From Selaginella moellendorffii (Eukaryota > Plantae > Lycopodiophyta): a DNA stretch of 64,000 nucleotides. Of this stretch, positions 1-12,537 are shown in pieces; position 1 is the stretch's first letter, and every line of letters begins with the position of its first letter. Where the stretch lies: assembly GCF_000143415.4 (NCBI RefSeq), contig NW_003314372.1:260785-324784 (forward strand), written 5' to 3'. The position numbers and the translations under genes are program-made. Under the pieces are notes generated by a model. It ran no database searches, was not told the origin of the DNA, and saw only the letters and a program-made list of their open reading frames with translations.

Positions 1-200
1 CCCTTTTTGGAGCCTTGCTTATTGCTCGCTTCGTGCTCGCTCCTTGAGCACTTTGTTGGGAGTTCCACTCCCGCTCTCAACCTTCCAAGTCACAGCTTTT
101 AGTCCAAACGTGTTACACTCGTTTGGGCTTTCGCTTCGGCCACTACCACGTGGCACCCTTTCTGGCTCCACTTTGGAGCCTAGCGATTTTGTGTCTCACA
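1..200. mobile_element. End of an LTR, family A (same family as 55027-56859); truncated by window edge
   Basis: Matches the last 200 bp of LTR-A copies and ends in ...GATTTTGTGTCTCACA. Confidence 0.85.
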
Positions 201-208
201 AGTCAGTC

Positions 209-882
209 TGTAGCGCATGTGATCATGGGATGAGATTTGGATATACTGTCATCGTGGATCCTTGGAACCTTGGGAGATAAATGGGGATAAAATAGCCACT
301 AAGGGCTCTCTCATCAAGCAATTGCCCCTTTTCCAGTTGGCTTAATGGGAGAGAGATAAGGTGCACTACAGTTGGTATCGGAGCAAATGGCACAGGTTCG
401 AATCCTATTGATTAGTGGCTACTTAAAAGTATAATATACCCTTGAACAAGGTATATTCCTACCCCTAAATTTGAAATCATACATATTGGGCATCCATGCG
501 TACGTCCTTCCTCTTCTGTGGAGTATCCACGGACGAAGGTATCCACCGTGGGACTGCGGTACGGGTGGATGACTAGTTGCCTCACATGGAATAGCTGGTC
601 TACACAATGGAAGGATTGGTAGATTGAGTGCGGAAATGGAGGTGCTGGTTCCCCTTGGCTCAGTAGGGGTTGTTAGTCAATAGTCAATGAGGACATTGAC
701 ATCTCTGAAGGGGGGGTGAGTGTAGCGCATGTGATCATGGGATGAGATTTGGATATACTGTCACCGTGGATCCTTGGAACCTTGGGAGATAAATGGGGAT
801 AAAATAGCCACTAAGGGCTCTCTCATCAAGCAATTGCCCCTTTTCCAGTTGGCTTAAGGGGAGAGAGATAAGGTGCGCTACA
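209..882 (+). mobile_element. Complete TRIM (terminal-repeat retrotransposon in miniature), 674 bp
   Basis: Two near-identical 162-bp TG...CA LTRs (209-370, 721-882); PBS TGGTATCGGAGC (tRNA-iMet type) after the 5' LTR; purine tract GAAGGGGGGGTGAG before the 3' LTR; TSD CAGTC (204-208, 883-887); no coding capacity. Confidence 0.95.
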
Positions 883-3195
883 CAGTCCTTCTACAAAGAG
901 CCACCGTGGGTCCTCCTCCCACAGTTTGGCTGTATTGTGTTTGGGGTGTATCACTAGGAGGCTCTACTGGAACATGAGTTGCCATGGCTGTCTCCCCGGT
1001 TGTAGGCCCATGAGAAAAATCTTGTACCTTAATGCCTTTACCATATTGCTGGGGTTGATGATCCCCAGCCCCCCTAGGATGCGTAGCCTCACTGTAGACT
1101 CCCACACCATCTTGGCCATGGTCCGCTTTGTAGCCAATGCTCCACGCCATACATAGGTTTTCACCATCTGTCTCACCTTCTACAATGTAGTCTCCAACAT
1201 TGGTATTAAATTTTCCATTCTACTTTAGTCATTTAACCACACCTTCAATCATTTGGAGGAGTCTCACTCACAACCTTCGTAAGTCCTATTCTGGACTTAG
1301 AGACTTGCTAACCCCAAAAATGGCATCCAGACCACTCAACCATTGCACTTGGTCCTAGTGCTCCACGTGTCCAATCCCAAGATTGACACCCCAAGGTACC
1401 ACAGGCATACTAGCCTGTTACGCTAATGCCATGCCCATTCACCTTGGTACCACTTGTGGTCCAGCACCACCTGCATCGCAGTCCCGTCTCTCCAAAATTG
1501 GGCCATCCGTCCAAGAGTGACCATCCAAGATCCACTTCTTAGCATCCTTAAAATTCCCGCCGACAGGGGGAACTGCCTTCCCCAATATCGCTTTTACAGT
1601 CCCCACCAAATCCCTTTTCTGTCCATGGCCGAGTTTGCCTACTCTGCCACTGGGACAAGGCCCACTGGCCCAACCACTAAGTCACATTGTCCTTTGGGAC
1701 TTTCTCACCACATGACCATATCCTTGGTCGCCACACTAGAGGACTGCTCCTCTTCCATTCTACAGTCTAGGACTTTGGGACAACATTTCAGAACACCGTG
1801 CAAGCCTCATGGGTACTCTCTCTGCTTTCCGCCTTTGGGTGCTCTAGCCATGGTGCTAGAGCAAGGTTCTGTTGAGCCACGCCAAGTATCCAAGTATCGG
1901 ACTCGGACTCAGACTCGGACTTGGGCTCGGGCTCGGTCTCGGCCTCGGCCTCGGTCTCGGTCTCGGTTTTGGTCCCGGTCTTGGTCTCGGTCTCGACTTC
2001 AGACTCCATCTTGGGTCCTTCTCAGACTCCATCTTGGGTCCATCACGAACTCCATCTCAGACTCCATCTCGGGTCCATCTCGAACTCCATCTTGAACTCC
2101 ATCTCAGACTCCATCTCGGGTCCTTCTTGGACTCCATCTCGGTCCATCTCGGACTCCATCTCGAACTCTATCTCGGGTCAATCTCAGACTCCATCTCGGA
2201 CTCCATCTTGGGTCCATCTTAGACTCCATCTCGAACTCCTCCATGTGTCATGTGTTGGTCCTCTTGTGTCCCTTTTCTAGAGACTCACTTATTGCTCGCT
2301 TTGTGCTTGTTCCTTGAGCATTTCATTGGGAGTTCCATTCCTGCTCTCGACCTTTCAAGTCAGAGCTTTTAGTCCAAATGTGTTACGCTTGTTTGGCATT
2401 TGCTTCGGCCACTACCACGTGGCACCCTTTCGGCTCCACTTTGGGGCTTAGGGATTTGTGTCTCACAACTGGCCAGATTGAGAGGTGGTACCAGATGCTA
2501 GGGAGGATCATGCTCTTGACTATTATGATCCGCACTAGGAGCCCAAGTTTCCTTGGGGTCCATTTCTGAACTGCAGTCCAGATCCTCTTGAGAAGTGTGT
2601 CGTCGTGTGTGCCTACATTGTATTGGACCCCAACTTGGATGCTGAGGTACCAGGTGTCTTCACCTGGGCCAAGCCACTGAAAGCCTATCTCCAGCCCCCA
2701 GGCCTCGATGCCTAGCTTTCCCCAGTTCACTCCTACTGACTTGTTCTAGTTGATGGTTGCTCCTGCTGCCATGTTGAAATTCTCCTGCTTGGGTTTTGCT
2801 GTGTTGAGGTTCCCTGGGGTGGCAAGCAGGAAAAGTGTGGTGACATTCGTGAATGCCCCATCTTGCAGCTCTTGTGTCAAGACTTGTGTTCTCGGGAGTT
2901 ATAGCCGTTCAGTGGGCAGCACCAAGCCTTTTGTATCCCCTCCTTGCACTAGGAAAGAGCCCAGCATCTCTGCCACTATTAGAAATAGGTAGGGAGTGAG
3001 TGGACAACCTTACCTCATTGAGCATCCCAAATGGAAGGTCAGGCCTATCTCTCCATTTAGTGTGACCCGGCTTGATGCTCCCTTGTATAGAAGTGAGATG
3101 CGCGATACAATTTTTGCCTGGATCCCTATCCTCTACATGCAATCCTCCATGAAGTCCCAATCATCTCAATCGTAGGCTTTCTCAAAGTCTAGTAG
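883..3195 (-). pseudogene. Decayed LINE ORF2 reverse transcriptase (core and thumb), interrupted by a solo LTR
   Basis: Minus-strand remnants LDFEKAYD (~3190), R*GCPLTPYLF, FTNVTTLFL (degenerate FADD), YLSIQVG, KLGLLVRIIIVKSMILPSIWY and GGLGIIN..KAL; contains stops and frameshifts. Confidence 0.8.
1204..2467. mobile_element. Solo LTR, family A, inserted in the LINE
   Basis: Homologous along its length to 55027-56859; ends TCTCACA; near-TSD ATTGG (1199-1203) / ACTGG (2468-2472); removing it rejoins the LINE frame (..IWP|xLETTL*KVRQMVKTYVW). Confidence 0.85.
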
Positions 3196-3985
3196 CCACA
3201 CCACAATCTGTTGGTTTGAAGCGTTTGCCCACCATTGTGCAAGGAGGTACATCTAGATGGTTTTTGCGATTTGTTGTCCCAGCACGAAGCCTGTCTATTG
3301 TTCTCTGATGATGAGGGGCATGACTAGTTGTAGCTTGAGTGCCATCGCTGCAAACACCACCAAGCAGGGTTGACCAGTGGCTCAACCAGCCCCTATTTTT
3401 CAATGCACTATTCAAAGTGGAAGCTGTGACACTGGGACGAGAGACACACCACACAATTTAGAGGAAAATGCATGCAATTGACTTCTGAACCATGAAACAA
3501 TTGGCAGGAGTGATCAATAGGGATTGGTGGCAAACAGTGAGAAGGACTCAAGTTTTTGGACCTTGGAAGCGATGCAACATCCTACTGGATGTTCTGCAAC
3601 TCCTTCGAGTGGTGAATGACACGAAAGCAGGGACAAAGTGGCCGAGAAGATGCCTTAAAGCAGGAGACTTTGTGGCAATCCAGTGACAAATAGAGTGGGA
3701 GGAGCATGATGTAGTGCACCGTCCATTGGGGATGTGGACTCGTGCGTTCACTGCACCTACACCAGCATGGTAAGAAGGAAACGTTGAGGTGTGGTTTGTC
3801 GCTGAACCAAAGTGCAACATAGGATGCCCCTTTTGCGTCATGGGAGGAGATATGCTTCTCCCGATAGGTGAGAGGCAAGTGATGTTGGACGTCATGGATG
3901 ACGAGGTACGTGGGAAGATTCGTGTGCTTAGGCAGTTGCCCAAGAGGCTGGACGTGGTGGCCTACTGGAGGGTGACGAATCATTG

Positions 3986-5042
3986 TGTAAGGAACTAACT
4001 CTCCGAGATGCCGTAGGCTAAAGGATCCCCAAAAGCATGACCAAAATGACAAAGAGTTCATCGGATGGGACTGAGTCGAAGATCGAGTCCAAGACCAACT
4101 TTGAGACCGAGTTCGAGATCGAGTCCGGGATCGAGTCCGAGGCCGAATCGGAGACCGAGTTCGAGACCAAGTTCGAGACCGAGCTCGAGACAGAGTTCGA
4201 GATCCAAATCGGGTCCGAGACCGAGTCTGAGGTCGAGTCCGAAGTTGAGTCCGAGATCGGGTCCGAGATTGAGCCTGAGATCGAGTCCGAGACTGAGTCC
4301 GAAGTCTGGTCCGAGATCGAGTCTGAGATCGAATCTGAGACTAAGTCCAGGAACCAGTCTTGAAGGAACTCTCCAGTGGTGCTTCCAAACTGACTTGAGG
4401 TTGAGACTAGGGCCGAGGGGCCTTGGGTGGGAGTGAGCATGGGCTTGGGTGGTGCTGGAGGGGCCACCCAAGGAAGTGCTCAAGAGTAGCTCCCACTCCC
4501 GAAAGGGAAACCGACTGCGGTGCTCCTGGCTCATGTGGAGTGGTGCCCCAGTTGAGTACCTTGTGGCTTATTGGTCCTCGCCCTTCCCAGGGGCTTGGGC
4601 CTTCCCTTCGGGATGGAACTGGGGGGGTAGAGGTACCCATACCGAGCCGTTAAGCCATGGTGTTTTGGCCCAATGTCCCGAAGCAAGTGTTGCACCCAAG
4701 GCTTGGGATTTAGAGGGTCCCATGATCAAGTCTTGTTGTACCAAGGGGTGTTAGGAACTTGGAGGCTTGGTGTGCTTGGCTGCTTGTGCATGTGGGGAGG
4801 GTAGCTGAACCTTAAGTCCAGTCTAACCTAGGAAGGGGGATTGGGAGGGATTTGGGAATCCGTGGATGGAAGGCTAACTCTCCATTGTTTGTGCAGTGAT
4901 TAGCTAAAACCAAGTAGGACCAAGTAGGAGCTAGTACAATATGCGAGAACCTTAGCAAGGGAACTTAGCACAAGCCAAGGCAGTGTTGGTCGGATAGATG
5001 AGGTAAGCTGGAAAATTGGAAATGAAAAATTTGTGGCTTACA
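3986..5042. mobile_element. Solo LTR related to family A, opposite orientation to 1204-2467
   Basis: TGTAAGG...CTTACA termini; exact TSD CATTG (3981-3985, 5043-5047); contains GAGTCCGAG-type repeats; right end is the reverse complement of an LTR-A-like start. Confidence 0.88.
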
Positions 5043-5266
5043 CATTGATATAGTGATGACAGCAACTATTAGAAGATCTGGATTGGGACCTTGCTGCATG
5101 GCAACGAGGGACAAGAAGCTTTTTCTCCTGAAGTGCGCAATGGACTATTGACATCTCGAGAGGAGGCAAGAGAGGAGATTCCGAAGCTGTGGCAGAACTG
5201 TATATTATAGGGGGTTGATGCGGATCAAGTGGTGGACAATATGATTCACTTCTGGAAGTTGCCTGT

Positions 5267-6285
5267 TGTCACAAATATGACTTTGGGTATCGAAAGTTAC
5301 CTATCAGCTAGTCCTTTCAAATATTCTTTCCTTACTATAATGATGGTAGGAGGTCGGTATTGTTGGATCCTTTATTAGTCTCCGCCTAAGCTAATTGAGA
5401 AACTAGTCATCACATGTGCACTTAGACCGGAAGGGCACTAAGTAAGGAAATCCTAAATTGTCATTTGTCAAGTAGACTTGACACGGTGATGAGAAACTCA
5501 TGATGTTGACTTGCACTTATTAGTGTTGGGAACCCCCGTGATGTTGAGTTTGGTCCCTCAATATTGCTAAATGATAGCTTATCGTGTATGCCAAACACCC
5601 TTGCTATCATGCTCTTTCAGTTAGTCTCATTTTGGTCCTAAATGCTATTTATGGAAAATGTCTAGATTTGCTTATTTGGTATATCTATGGAATATAGAGA
5701 TTGGTCTGAATAAATAGTGTTTGTCCCATGTCCAAATTTGCATTCTAGTGCCATTCCATATTTGGGGGGTTCTAAATTTATGCCAACCAACCAGAGTTAT
5801 AGTCTAGTTCCTGCTTATGTGCCTGTCCTTGTTCTATGTCTGATTTGGGTCTAAACCCAAGCTCCACACCATGCTAGCTAGTGGAGTACCCATGTTCTTG
5901 CGTTAGGCCACCGGTATGCTGAAATAGCACTAGACTCCATTTGGCTCTATTTTGCGTACTAGTCCTGGCATTGGGATGCTAGATACTCTAGGATTATTCT
6001 AAGTCACTTCGTGCTCTTGTCCCTTTGCTCCTTGGGCTATATGCTTGGGAATTGTTCCCTACTTCAGTGCTATTGCTCCTTTGCTCCATGCTTGGGAGTT
6101 TGACACCGTTTTTTCGTTTAGTGGCCCAAGGCCCTAAAACTTAGGTTCTGCACCACTATCATTTGGACACATGGCATGTGACATGTGGCATATGACACAT
6201 CGCACATGGAGGGTTAAGGTTCTGCTTCGTGGTTATCTTATGGTAAATCACCATAGGATAAAGGGTAAAGACCACATGTGCTACA
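5267..6285 (+). mobile_element. Solo LTR, family B
   Basis: TGTCAC...GCTACA; homologous to 40975-42120; flanks CCTGT/CCCAT both derive from an ancestral TSD CCCGT by CpG decay. Confidence 0.85.
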
Positions 6286-7150
6286 CCCATGCAGGAAAAA
6301 GTGAAAGTCACCTCGTGGTTGGTAGCGAACAATGGGCTCCTGGTTGGATAACGCTTCCAGGATGACACGAGTCACAGGTGCAGGGAGTGTGGCAAAATTG
6401 AGATGGTCAAGCATGCATTGTGGGAGTGTGATACTGCAAAGGAGGTGTGGTGCCAAATCATCAAGGTAGGGAAGGAGTTGAGAGTCATACAGGATTTTGA
6501 GGCCTGTAGTGGAGACATGCTCCAATGGTTCGAGGGAGCAAGGGGTCTTGCCTAGGGCCCAGCCCTGCGGCACATCAGGTGTAGAGGGTGGCATGGTTGG
6601 GGGATTTAGGTCTATTGGGATGTGACTGGGGTGGAGATAGGAGTCCCCCTGTGGGAGGCTCTTGGCCATACTCAATGGGCGGTATGGTGGGCGATAGGAG
6701 TCCAAGCCTTGTGGGAAGCACATAATCGGGTGCATTTTGATGGAACACAGGTCAAGGTATCACAGGTAATGGCTGAGTGGTGGAGACTTACACTGGCAAT
6801 AGTACGGCTTCACCATACTATCCTTCGAGACAAAGGGAAGCTAGAGAGGCTCAAGGAATGGCAAAAAGCATGGCTGCCATGTTTAGGTGAAGGCGACCAT
6901 AGAGAGGTTCGTTGGAGATGGCACCCCCTAGAGTCGATCTTGCAATCAGCACGAAGGGGGGACTTGGATCTAGATGTGATATGGTGGAGGTGACTGGAGC
7001 TGCTTCTACTTTAGGTCTAGTTTCACTTTGGATGAGGGAGCTGCCCACTAGGTAGCATGAGCTTTGGGTAGCATGCCCGGTTTTTGTATTAGTCCCTACG
7101 GGACATTGGACAATGTATATACATGTTTCATCAAAGTGGAAGTCCAACAA

Positions 7151-8218
7151 GTGTAATATGTTTTGACCAAAAGCTTCAACTTAGAAAGTCGAAAGTGGGA
7201 GTAGAACTCAAAACAAAGTGCTCAAGGAATGAGCACAAAACAATCAGTGAATGAGTCTCTAAAAAAGGACATAAGAAGGATTGACACATGGATGTGTCAG
7301 GAACTAGTACAAAAAGGAGTTTCCAAAATGGAGTCCAAGAAGGAACTTGATATGAAGTCCAAGATGGAGTCCAATATAGAGTCTGATATGGACCTGAGAT
7401 GGACCAAGATAGAGTCTGATATAGACCTGAGATGGACTTGAGATGGAGTCTGAGATGGGGTTCGATATGGATCTGAGATAGAGTCCAAGATGGAGTCTAA
7501 TATAGATCCAAGATGGCCTGAGATGGACCCAAGATGGACCCGAGATGGACCCGAGATAGAGTTCGAGATGGACCCAAGATTGAGTCTAATGTTGAGTCTG
7601 AGATGGAGTCCAAAGTAAAGGCTGAGATGGACTTAAGATGGAGTCCGAGGTTGAGGCTAAGAAAGAGGCCAAGATTGAGATTGAGACCGAGACTGAGACC
7701 AAGACCGAGACTGAGACCGAAACTGAGACCGAAACCTAGACTGAGTCCAAGACCAAATCTGAGACTGAGTCTAAGTCCGAATCCAAGGGTGAAAGCCCAA
7801 AGTGATTGTCTCCCAAACCCTAGGGGGTTTGGTGAGCTCCAAAAGTATAGTAGGGGGATGACTTTAGTGGAGCCAATTTAACTAGGAAAGACTATTGTGG
7901 CCAAGAAAAGTTATACCCACGTGTTGGGTGATGATAAAACCACTAAAGAGTCCAAGGCTAAAGTGAATACAGACAAATAAGTAAGTTAACTTGGTAAAGT
8001 GTTCAAGAGCCACCTTTATCTCCCTTGGGAGATTAAACAGTCAATGCTCCCAATCTAAGTTGTGGGTGGCACTATCTACTTGGATACTTGGTGTGGCTCA
8101 TCGGAACCTTGCTTTAGCCACAAGGCTAAGGCACCTAAGGATGGAATGTGGGGAGAGTATCAATGAGGCTCACGTAGGGCCACGGTGTTTCAAAATGTTA
8201 TCCCAAAGTCCTAGAATG
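7151..8218. mobile_element. Truncated, decayed LTR-A fragment (inverted relative to 55027-56859)
   Basis: Reverse-complement similarity to LTR-A, including the GAGATGGAGTCC minisatellite; both termini missing. Confidence 0.75.
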
Positions 8219-9864
8219 GTTGGTTCTAATGAAAAAGGCAACATTAAAAGGTAATAAAAATAAAGAAGAAATAAGAGATTTCACCTCTTCCAACCATTGT
8301 ATCCCACGAAAGGAAGTAATACATCTTGGCTTTGTAAATGGCACAACATAAAAGAAAATTCTTGCAAAGCCAATACTTAAATTCAATAATAATGGTGTCA
8401 TGGGCAAGAAGATTGATTGTAGACCTTTCAAAAATATAAAATTTTTATAGCCATTTTGATTACATGCTTCATTCATGCAATTTAAATGCCTACTATAATG
8501 AATTATAGATATTATTCCTTCAAAATACTAGAAGTGTGTGGTCTTGATCTTGGGTAGTTTTAGATCTCTATCCCTTTTCATTTGGAATTAATGCTATTGA
8601 TAAAAGGTGGTATATCAAAAAAGATGTTGCTATTGTAGTAGAATGAAAGCTCACTTATGGGTATATATAAAAATAAGTGCATGGATTTGTGTGCATATAA
8701 TAGACAGCAGCACATATGACAATACTATCATACTTACACATATTAGATATGTTGTAATATTCAAATTCATTTGTACATTGTTATTATTCTTCTTATTGAT
8801 CTCCTTAAATCGGTTCACTATAGATTTTTATAAATAATATAAGGGGGATAAAGAACTCCAAAACCTATAAAGAAGGATAAAGAGATTTCTTTTACATTTT
8901 TTAAATCACCTACCGCTTTTGTTCTCTCAAAGTCATATTTCTAAAAAAAAATTATGTCGCCACTTTGATCTTTGTCTTGGCTTTATTTTGTTAGAGGCTA
9001 TGATTCGCAACAACACCAGTATGGTTGCTATTCAATATTTCTTCTTTCTAGTGTGGGCAAAGGTGGACAATAATAAGATTTTCAAAATTCAAAATCCAAG
9101 GAAATTAGTTTTTAGATATCCAATCAAAGTGTTTCAGCCAAAATGAGTATGAAAAAAGAGTTAGTCATCATCCTCTCTTCCTCTTCCTATTTATATGGAA
9201 AAGTTATGCCAGTGTTAGCCCCTAATTCACTAGCTCCATCTTCAATAATATTCAAAGTTATTAGTAATGCTTTCCACTTTTCCCACTTCTTAGTCAACGA
9301 GAAAAGGTTTTTAGCACGTCAAGTTTGATTGTTAGTGATGATGTTAGTAATGATATTCTGCTTTGGCATAGAGATCCAAGATATCTGATTACATGTAAAC
9401 TATTATTAGTTTGTCAAATCTTTAGTATTAGATGATGTCAATAATGATAATTCTTTAATGATATAGTTTTGATTCTCAATATGACTTGAGTTTTATCCAT
9501 ATATGCAAATATTGCTCAATGACATTTAGCGCACATGCCTATAATTTAGGTTTATACACAATACAAAACAAATTTATGGATGAGGATTCATCCATTCATA
9601 GATTAAAATAGTACAATATATTTAATATAATAATGCAACATGCCAGATTTATACTCTTTAAAGTTCTGTCATGAATCCAAAATATGTATGAAATCTTGTT
9701 GAAAATGCAGCCTTTCTATATAATTGCAAAAAGTAATATTAATTCTCCAATAACTTAAACATTGAAAGGTGCTATATATACCATTATTTATAAATTTTAA
9801 AAAAATTCACATACAATATGAATGTATCTTATGTTAATGATAAAATAAAATAGGGTATAGGCCA

Positions 9865-11842
9865 AGTAGTTTCTAGCCTAGAGGGGCTGAGGTTACTCAA
9901 ATAACCTCCAGCCCCCGGGACTAGGAAACTACCAAAGGTTGAGCTCGGGCTCACTACCTTGGGCAGTTTCTACCCTCGAGGGGCCAAGGTTATTCAAATA
10001 ACCTCTGGCCCTCGGGACCAAGAAATTGCCCGAGGTCGATCTTAGGCTCGCCACCTCGGGCAGTTTCTACCCTCGAGGGGCCGAGGTTATTCAAATAACC
10101 TCTGGCACTCAGGACCTGGAAATTGCCCGAGGTGGAGCTCGGGTTCGCCACCTCGGGCAGTTTCTGGCCTCGAGGGGCCGAGGTTATTCAAATAACCTCC
10201 GGCACTCGAGAGTTGGAAATTGCCCGAGGTGGAGCTTGGGCTCGCCACCTCGGGTAGTTTCTGGTCTCAAGGGGCCGAGGTTATTCAAATAACCTCCAGC
10301 ACTCGGGAGTTGGAAATTGCCCGAGGTGGAGCTCAGCTTGCCACCTCGGGTAGTTTTTGCCCTCAAGGGGCCGAGGTTACTCAAATAACCTCCGGCCTCC
10401 AGGACTGGGAAATTGCCCAAGGTCAATCTCAGGCTCGCCACCTGGGGCAGTTTCTGCCCTCGAGAGGCCGAGATTATTCAAATAACCTCCGGCCTTTGGG
10501 ACCTGGAAACTGCCCAAGGTCGAGCTCAGGCTTGCAAACTTGGGCAGTTTCTGCCCTTGAGGGGTCGAGGTTATTCAAATAACCTTTGGCACTCAGGACT
10601 TGGAAATTGCCTAAGGTTGAGCTCGGGCTTGCCACCTCGGGCAGTTTCTGGCCTCAAGGGGCCGAGGTTATTCATATAACTGCTGGCACTCGGGACTTAT
10701 TTGAATAACCTCCAGCACCCAGGACCAGGAAAGTGCCCAAGGTGGAGCTCAGGCTCACGACCTCAAGCAGTTTCTGGCCTCGAGGGGCCAAGGTTATTCA
10801 AATAACCTCTGGCCCCCGGGACCTGGAAACTGCCTAAGGTCAAGCTCAAGCTCGCCACCTTGGGCAGTTTTTGGCCTCGGGGGCCGAGGTTATTCAAATA
10901 ACCTCTGGCCCCCAGACCCCGAAACTGCACGAGGTCGAGCTCAAGCTCACCACCTCAGGCAGTTTCTAGCCTCAAGGGGCCTAGGTTATTCAAATAACCT
11001 CTTGCCCCCGGACCCGAAAACTGCTTGAGGTCGAGCTTGGACTTGCCACCTCCGGCAGTTTCTCACCTCAAGGGGCCTAGGTTATTTAAATAACCTCTGG
11101 CCCCCGGACCCCGAAACTGCCCGAGGTCAAGCTCGGGCTCGCCACCTCGGGCAGTTTCTGGCCTCAAGGGCCCCAAGTTATTCAAATAACCTCTAGCACC
11201 CAGGACCCCAAAACTGCCCAAGGTTGAGCTCGGGCTTGCCACCTCGGGCAGTTTCTAGCCTCAAGGGGCCCAAGTTATTCAAATAACCTCTGGTCCCCCA
11301 GACCTCAAAACTGCCCAAGGTTGAGCTTGGGCTAGCCACCTCGGGCAGTTTCTGGCCTTGAGGGGCCCAAGTTATTCAAATAACCTCCGACCCCCAGGAT
11401 CCCAAAACTGCCCGAGGTTGAGCTCCAGCTTGCCACCTCGAGCAGTTTCTGCCCTCGAGGGGCCGGGGTTATTCAACTAACCTCCAGCCCCCGCAACCCT
11501 GAAACTGCCCAAGGTCGAGCTTGGGCTTGCCACCTCAGGTAGTTTCTGGCCTCGAGGGGCCCAAGTTATTCAAATAACCTCTAGCTTCGGGATCCTAAAA
11601 TTGCCCAAGATCAAGCTCAGGTTCACCATCTTGGGTAGTTTCTAGCCTTGAGGGGCCAAGGTTATTCAAATAACCTCCCCTTAGGACCTTGAAACTGGAC
11701 AAGGTTGAGCTTAGGCTCACCACCTTGGGTAGTTTCTAGCCTTGAGCGGCTGAGGTTATTTAAATAACCTTTGGCCTTTGGGACCCCGAAACTGCCCAAG
11801 ATTGAGCTTAGGCTTGCCACCTCAGGCAGTTTTTGACCTCGG
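9865..11842. repeat. Tandem satellite, 97-bp unit, about 20 copies, each unit made of two inverted repeats
   Basis: GGTTATTCAAATAACC recurs at 9988, 10085, 10182 (period 97); each unit holds GAGGTTATT-CA-AATAACCTC and GAAACTGCCCGAGGTGG...CCACCTCGGGCAGTTTC. Confidence 0.95.
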
Positions 11843-12375
11843 ATGAGCTTGTTAGTGCCATTGACATCATATCGAATCTTGTGGTTGAGTAGATTTCCAA
11901 TACGTTCCTAGGGATTGATTTGAAACTCCATCAACAATGCAAGTCTTACTTGAGCTCTATTACCTATTAGATAGTATTGTGATTGATTGCACAATAAATA
12001 ATAGTTCTATGGTGGAGGTAGCATATGATTTTGGTAGATTAGTGTTTGCTATTGAAGAACATTATTTATTCAAACACTGGTTTAGAGTTACCTCTAATCT
12101 CAAGGAGGTAAATTATATTTATTAAGATTTCAATACATGTTTAGTTTGTTTTATATATCATAGTCATCTTGAGTTTTTAGAGTTGGAGGTTTTACAGATA
12201 GAAGAAAATTAAATGAATCTTTACTTGAGAAGAAAATCCTGTCATATATCAAAATGTCAATAATAGTATGAAGTTTAGTTGTCAGGCATGCTCGGAGCTA
12301 TTGACTAGACGTGTTGGTGAGCTTATTACGGTTGAGTTGGATTCGAGTGGTCATTTAGTTTGTGCTTAATATCAT

Positions 12376-12537
12376 TGTAGCACATGTGATCATGGGATGA
12401 GATTTGGATATACTGTCATCATGGATCCTTGGAACCTTGAGGGATAAATGGGGATAAAATAGCCACTAAGGGCTCTCTCATCAAGCAATTGCCCCTTTTC
12501 TAGTTGGCTTAATGGGAGAGAGATAAGGTGCGCTACA
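12376..12537 (+). mobile_element. Solo LTR of the TRIM family at 209-882
   Basis: 162 bp, near-identical to the TRIM LTRs; TSD ATCAT (12371-12375, 12538-12542). Confidence 0.95.

Larger units (their letters stand above)
3196..6993 (+). pseudogene. Decayed LINE ORF2 C-terminal region including zf-RVT (CCHC) finger, split by two solo LTRs
   Basis: Frame rejoins across the LTR at 5267-6285 as FWKLP|xQEKVKVTSWLVANNGL...CRECGKIEMVKHALWECDTAKEVW, the typical zf-RVT pattern. Confidence 0.7.

Noticed and set aside
209-882. Cassandra TRIM
   Set aside because: No 5S rRNA-derived segment visible in the LTRs
6171-6200. ATGGCATG-containing stretch in LTR-B (also ~42018) as a copy of the 22-bp palindrome
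   Set aside because: Only a half-site; lacks the GGCC core and the correctly spaced CAYGCCAT arm
9865-11842. CRISPR-like look of the palindromic array
   Set aside because: No unique spacers (whole units repeat), eukaryotic context, no cas genes
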